A stretch of 64,000 nt of DNA, taken from the NCBI GenBank assembly GCA_049325595.1, contig JBMOLF010000001.1, positions 1 to 64,000 of the forward strand, read 5' to 3'. Below the pieces are notes generated by a model, which was not told where the DNA came from, did no database searches, and saw only the letters and a program-made list of their open reading frames with translations. Every line of letters starts with the position of its first letter. The stretch's first letter is position 1. The translations under genes and the position numbers were made by a program. Below, piece after piece: positions 58,240-64,000 of the stretch. This DNA is from Candidatus Babelota bacterium (GTDB lineage: Bacteria; Babelota; Babeliae; Babelales; Vermiphilaceae).

Positions 58240-60084
58240 TTATTCGACCGTTACTGATTTTGCCAAGTTACGTGGTTTATCAATTGGTCGTCCTAACTCT
58301 TTGGCAACTTGATACACGAAAAATTGCATTAACCCAGTCATGGCAAGCGGTGCTAACAATGATTTTGTTTTAGGAAATAAAAATATCGTATCGGCTAATT
58401 CAATTAACTCACGTTGCCCTTCAAATGCAAATAATACGATGTGGCCACCACGCGCTTTTATTTCTTGTGCATTGGCAACAAGTTTCTGATAAATAAGTGC
58501 ATCAAGATGCGAGAATAAGAAGATTGGTGTTTGATCATCGATTAACGCAAGAGGACCGTGCTTTAATTCACCTGCCGGATACGTTTGCGCAAAAATATAA
58601 GAAATTTCTTTCAATTTAAGCGCAGCTTCTTGTGCTAATGGATAACTTACATGTCTGCCCAAAAAAATTGCTTTTTTAAAGTGCGCATATTTTGGTGCAT
58701 CTTCTTGTGCAATACGCGTTTTATAATTTTCTATACTATTTTCAAGTAATTCTGCCGCTACTAATAAATCTTCTTGCGCACTGACCAATTGCTGATGATT
58801 AATAATACCTTTATGGTATGCAATAAAATGCGCAAACCAATATAATGCTGCAACTTGTGTTGAAAATGCTTTAGTAGACGCAACAGCAATTTCATGACCA
58901 GCTTGCGTAAGCAAAAAACCACCTGCTTCGCGTACCATCGTGCTTGAAGCAACATTGGTCAATGCAATAGTTTTCATATTCATTGATTCAATCAAACGCA
59001 ATGCCTCAAGCGTATCGGCTGTTTCACCTGATTGAGAAATCATAACATACAATGATTTAGGCTCTGAGAAAAAATGATTATAACGAAACTCTGAAGCTAA
59101 ATGTACGGTGGTTGGCAGCATACAAACTTGTTCAAAGAAAAATTTAGCAATCAGGCCTGCATGCCACGAAGTACCGCATCCTACTAAATGCACACGCTCT
59201 ATTTCTTTAAGCTCTTGTACAGTAAGTCCTAAATGATCAAAAATAGCATCTTCAAGTTCATGCAAAAAACGTACGGTTGAATAAATTGCATTTTTTTGCT
59301 CATAAATTTCTTTGAGCATGTAGTGCTCATAACCCATTTTTTGGCTGCTTTGCCAATTTACTTTTATTTCCTGCACGTGAGGAACTAATGGTTTACCGGT
59401 AAAATCATAGAGCTCGATGATATCTTTTTTTACTAAAGCAAAACTTTCATCGGGCAAAAATATTACTTTATTAGTTTTGTCTGCAAATGCGAGCACGTCT
59501 GATGCAATAAACATCTCACCATCGCCAATACCAATACATAGTGGTGAACGACGACGCACCACTACAAGGGTGTCTGATTTTTGCTGTGCCAATGCCAAGA
59601 ATGCATATGCACCATCAAGTCTGTTTACCAAGTCAGTTACCGCTGCCTTAAAAGTATTGTGTGAAATAAGAAGCGATTCAAAAAGATGGGCTATAGTTTC
59701 GGTGTCAGTCTGTGAATGAAAAACATGACCAGATTCTTGCAGCTGCTCACGTAATTCGTGATGATTTTCAATAATACCGTTATGAACAATTGATATGGTT
59801 TTTTGACAATCAAATTGGGGATGAGCATTTTCGGTTGATGGCACCCCATGGGTAGACCATCGTGTATGACCGATTCCCAAAAAACCATCTATCGGATGTT
59901 GACTAAATTGAGAAGTTAAATTTTCAAGTCTTCCTATGGCCTTTGCATAAAGAAGCTGATTGTCTTGAGAGCTTAAACAGGCAAACCCTGCCGAATCATA
60001 CCCTCGATATTCTAAGCGACTAAGGCCTTCCATAACGAAAGGCCTACTATTATTCTTACCAACATACCCAATGACACTACACAT
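58240..60084 (-). CDS. glmS: Glutamine--fructose-6-phosphate aminotransferase
   Basis: N-terminal Cys, RLEYRGYDSAG, GHTRWSTHG, SQSGETADT, VASTKAF, GELKHGP, PRNLAKSVTVE. Confidence 0.98.
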   Translation of the reverse strand: MCSVIGYVGKNNSRPFVMEGLSRLEYRGYDSAGFACLSSQDNQLLYAKAIGRLENLTSQFSQHPIDGFLGIGHTRWSTHGVPSTENAHPQFDCQKTISIVHNGIIENHHELREQLQESGHVFHSQTDTETIAHLFESLLISHNTFKAAVTDLVNRLDGAYAFLALAQQKSDTLVVVRRRSPLCIGIGDGEMFIASDVLAFADKTNKVIFLPDESFALVKKDIIELYDFTGKPLVPHVQEIKVNWQSSQKMGYEHYMLKEIYEQKNAIYSTVRFLHELEDAIFDHLGLTVQELKEIERVHLVGCGTSWHAGLIAKFFFEQVCMLPTTVHLASEFRYNHFFSEPKSLYVMISQSGETADTLEALRLIESMNMKTIALTNVASSTMVREAGGFLLTQAGHEIAVASTKAFSTQVAALYWFAHFIAYHKGIINHQQLVSAQEDLLVAAELLENSIENYKTRIAQEDAPKYAHFKKAIFLGRHVSYPLAQEAALKLKEISYIFAQTYPAGELKHGPLALIDDQTPIFLFSHLDALIYQKLVANAQEIKARGGHIVLFAFEGQRELIELADTIFLFPKTKSLLAPLAMTGLMQFFVYQVAKELGRPIDKPRNLAKSVTVE

Positions 60085-60151
60085 CTACCTATTCCTATTG
60101 TATGAGTAGCTTACTATCACGCAAAGTAGGTTTGTTGATAGTTCAAAAGGA

Positions 60152-60595
60152 TTAACGTTTTACGAATTGGAACTTACGACGAGCGCCTTTTTGTCCGTAT
60201 TTTTTACGTTCTTTGCGGCGAGAATCAACGGTGAGGAAGTCATACTCACGCAATTGAGATCTGATAGACTCATCTTGTGCTAACAATGCACGAGCGGTTC
60301 CCAATTTAACTGCGTCTGCTTGAGCGCGCAATCCGCCACCTTCAACATTAACGTCTACGTCAAATGCTGAACCGATTGGCAATAAGCGGAAAGGAGCTGA
60401 AGCTTCTAAGCGAGTTTCTTCGGTATCAAAATAGTTACTATAATCTTTTCCATTTACTACTATTTTGCCACTTCCAGCTCTGAGCCAAACACGGGCAATA
60501 GCAGTTTTTCTGCGACCAACGCCATGTCCTACTGGAGCAGTTTTGATAGAAGCAGCTTTAGCTTTTGGCGCCTTATTTGTTGTTGTTTTTTTCAT
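60152..60595 (-). CDS. rpsI: 30S ribosomal protein S9
   Basis: GRRKTAIARV, GGGLRAQADA, ERKKYGQKGARRKFQFVKR. Confidence 0.98.
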   Translation of the reverse strand: MKKTTTNKAPKAKAASIKTAPVGHGVGRRKTAIARVWLRAGSGKIVVNGKDYSNYFDTEETRLEASAPFRLLPIGSAFDVDVNVEGGGLRAQADAVKLGTARALLAQDESIRSQLREYDFLTVDSRRKERKKYGQKGARRKFQFVKR

Positions 60596-60657
60596 ACGTG
60601 TAAACCTAAAAAAACTTGTTTGTGATAATAAGCTACAATATTAAATATTTTATATTT

Positions 60658-60686
60658 AGGATAATCTGCAGGTGAGAAAAAGTCAA
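60658..60686 (-). promoter_or_regulatory. Putative sigma70 promoter for rpsI
   Basis: TTGACT-17 nt-TATCCT. Confidence 0.55.
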
Positions 60687-60709
60687 AATTGACTACTATA
60701 TTTTTGAAC

Positions 60710-60785
<76 letters not shown>

Positions 60786-60908
60786 ACTAGCTGCAGTTAT
60801 TGTATCAGATTAAATAAAAAAAGCCATGGCTTATTATCAAAAAATAGCAATAATGGATCCCATCGAGAATATTTGTTTCAATCTGAATATATAGCGCTAT
60901 GCGACAGG

Positions 60909-61286
60909 TCAAATTGAAGAATGTCCCCCTTCTTCAAACAACTCTTGGCACGATAAACAACGGGTAGCATTAGGGTAAAGCTTTAATCGCTTCTCTGAAA
61001 TGGGATTTTGGCAATCCACACAAATCCCATACGTGCCTTCTTCAATCATCTTAAGTGCATTTACCAGGCGATGATATTCTTCAATACGAGAATCTTGCAA
61101 CGAATTGCGTAAACTTTCCATAGTTGATGCCAATGCTTGGTCACCCGGATCTTGCACCTGATCATCAGAAAACTTTTCGGTGTATAATGTTTGTAGTTCT
61201 TGCTCTAATTCCATTTTACGTTCTAAGAGCTGTTTTTTTATTGCAGACAAGTCAAATTGCGTCGACTTTTTTTTTGCTTCAGCCAC
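60909..61286 (-). CDS. TraR/DksA C4-type zinc finger protein
   Basis: DPGDQA coiled-coil tip, YGICVDC...KRL..YP.ATRCLSCQ. Confidence 0.9.
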   Translation of the reverse strand: MAEAKKKSTQFDLSAIKKQLLERKMELEQELQTLYTEKFSDDQVQDPGDQALASTMESLRNSLQDSRIEEYHRLVNALKMIEEGTYGICVDCQNPISEKRLKLYPNATRCLSCQELFEEGGHSSI

Positions 61287-61788
61287 TATGGTGCTTCCTT
61301 TTTTGTTTAAAAAATTGTTTTAACAATAATGCCGCGTTTTCAGCATTAACACCCTTTATTATTGCAAGAGTGTCTCTATGGTATAGCGAAACTTGCCCGG
61401 TATTGTCAAGGTGGTACCCAAAAAGAGGCGATTCGGCACCATAGACAACTCCCGCACAGCGACTTAACTTAATACTATTTAAACACATAGCACAGGGCTG
61501 CAAAGTAACGTATACCCAACACCCTTGCAGTCGCCAATCTCCAATTTTTTTTCCTGCTTGTGTAATCGCTCTTAATTCTGCATGCGCTGTTTGAGTACAC
61601 ATTTTTTCTACCAAATTGTAGCCACGACCAATAATTTTTCCCTCATTATTTACTATAATCGCTCCAATTGGCACCTCATCATATTCCGCTGCTTTTCGCG
61701 CTAGTTTCAATGCCTGCTCCATATACCAACTATCTTTTTCTTGACCAAAAGGAGAATAGCTTTTGTGCATGCTCGACATTTTTTCCAT
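61279..61788 (-). CDS. tadA: tRNA adenosine deaminase
   Basis: EVPIGA, TAHAE, YVTLQPCAMC, LLKQFF. Confidence 0.9.
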   Translation of the reverse strand: MEKMSSMHKSYSPFGQEKDSWYMEQALKLARKAAEYDEVPIGAIIVNNEGKIIGRGYNLVEKMCTQTAHAELRAITQAGKKIGDWRLQGCWVYVTLQPCAMCLNSIKLSRCAGVVYGAESPLFGYHLDNTGQVSLYHRDTLAIIKGVNAENAALLLKQFFKQKRKHHSG

Positions 61789-61978
61789 TCCGTAAAAAGA
61801 TGTAATTTATTGTATTGACTAACCTTAACGTATTGAATATTGCAAAACCTAGATCATAATCGTTATAAACAATGCTGCAGACATTGGTAAATTAATAGAA
61901 AAAAATACGATTTCTTATATACTAAATATAATAATTTTTACGTAAATATTTGAGCGGTCACCAAAGCACCAAACATAA

Positions 61979-64000
<2,022 letters not shown>

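Noticed and set aside
60085..60151. glmS ribozyme upstream of glmS
   Set aside because: Only ~67 nt separate rpsI and glmS, too short for the ribozyme, and no recognisable core

Overview
AT-rich bacterial window. The pervasive signal peptides and gene content suggest an intracellular or host-associated lineage such as Ca. Dependentiae/TM6; this is inference only. Housekeeping genes sit at both ends: lysS, Mn-SOD, ftsB-like, rapZ, S41 protease and an FAD oxidoreductase on the left; an ATP-grasp enzyme, glmS, rpsI, tRNA-Thr, dksA-like, tadA and partial gyrB on the right. Between them is a ~49 kb surface-structure island with three parts. (1) 7.7-24.3 kb: 13 secreted Gly-X-Thr collagen-like proteins with BclA/C1q-like C-terminal heads. 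Twelve form four terminator-delimited three-gene A-B-C cassettes whose collagen lengths match within each cassette (about 29/29/27, 29/29/28, 47/47/47, 30/29/29 triplets, hand counts). (2) 24.5-41.4 kb: 18 glycan-modifying genes (13 glycosyltransferase-like, including GT2, GT6, GT10, NodZ-like, CAP59-like and GT2-TPR, plus 5 SAM methyltransferases), essentially all with N-terminal signal peptides or anchors, and no flippase, polymerase or sugar-synthesis genes. (3) 41.5-56.8 kb: modular collagens with delta-60 beta-propellers, a beta-helix tip, a ~130-triplet stalk and split modules. Best candidate new system: operon-encoded, C1q-like heterotrimeric bacterial collagens glycosylated by an exported, Golgi-like enzyme set. 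Family assignments come from motif recognition, not database searches.
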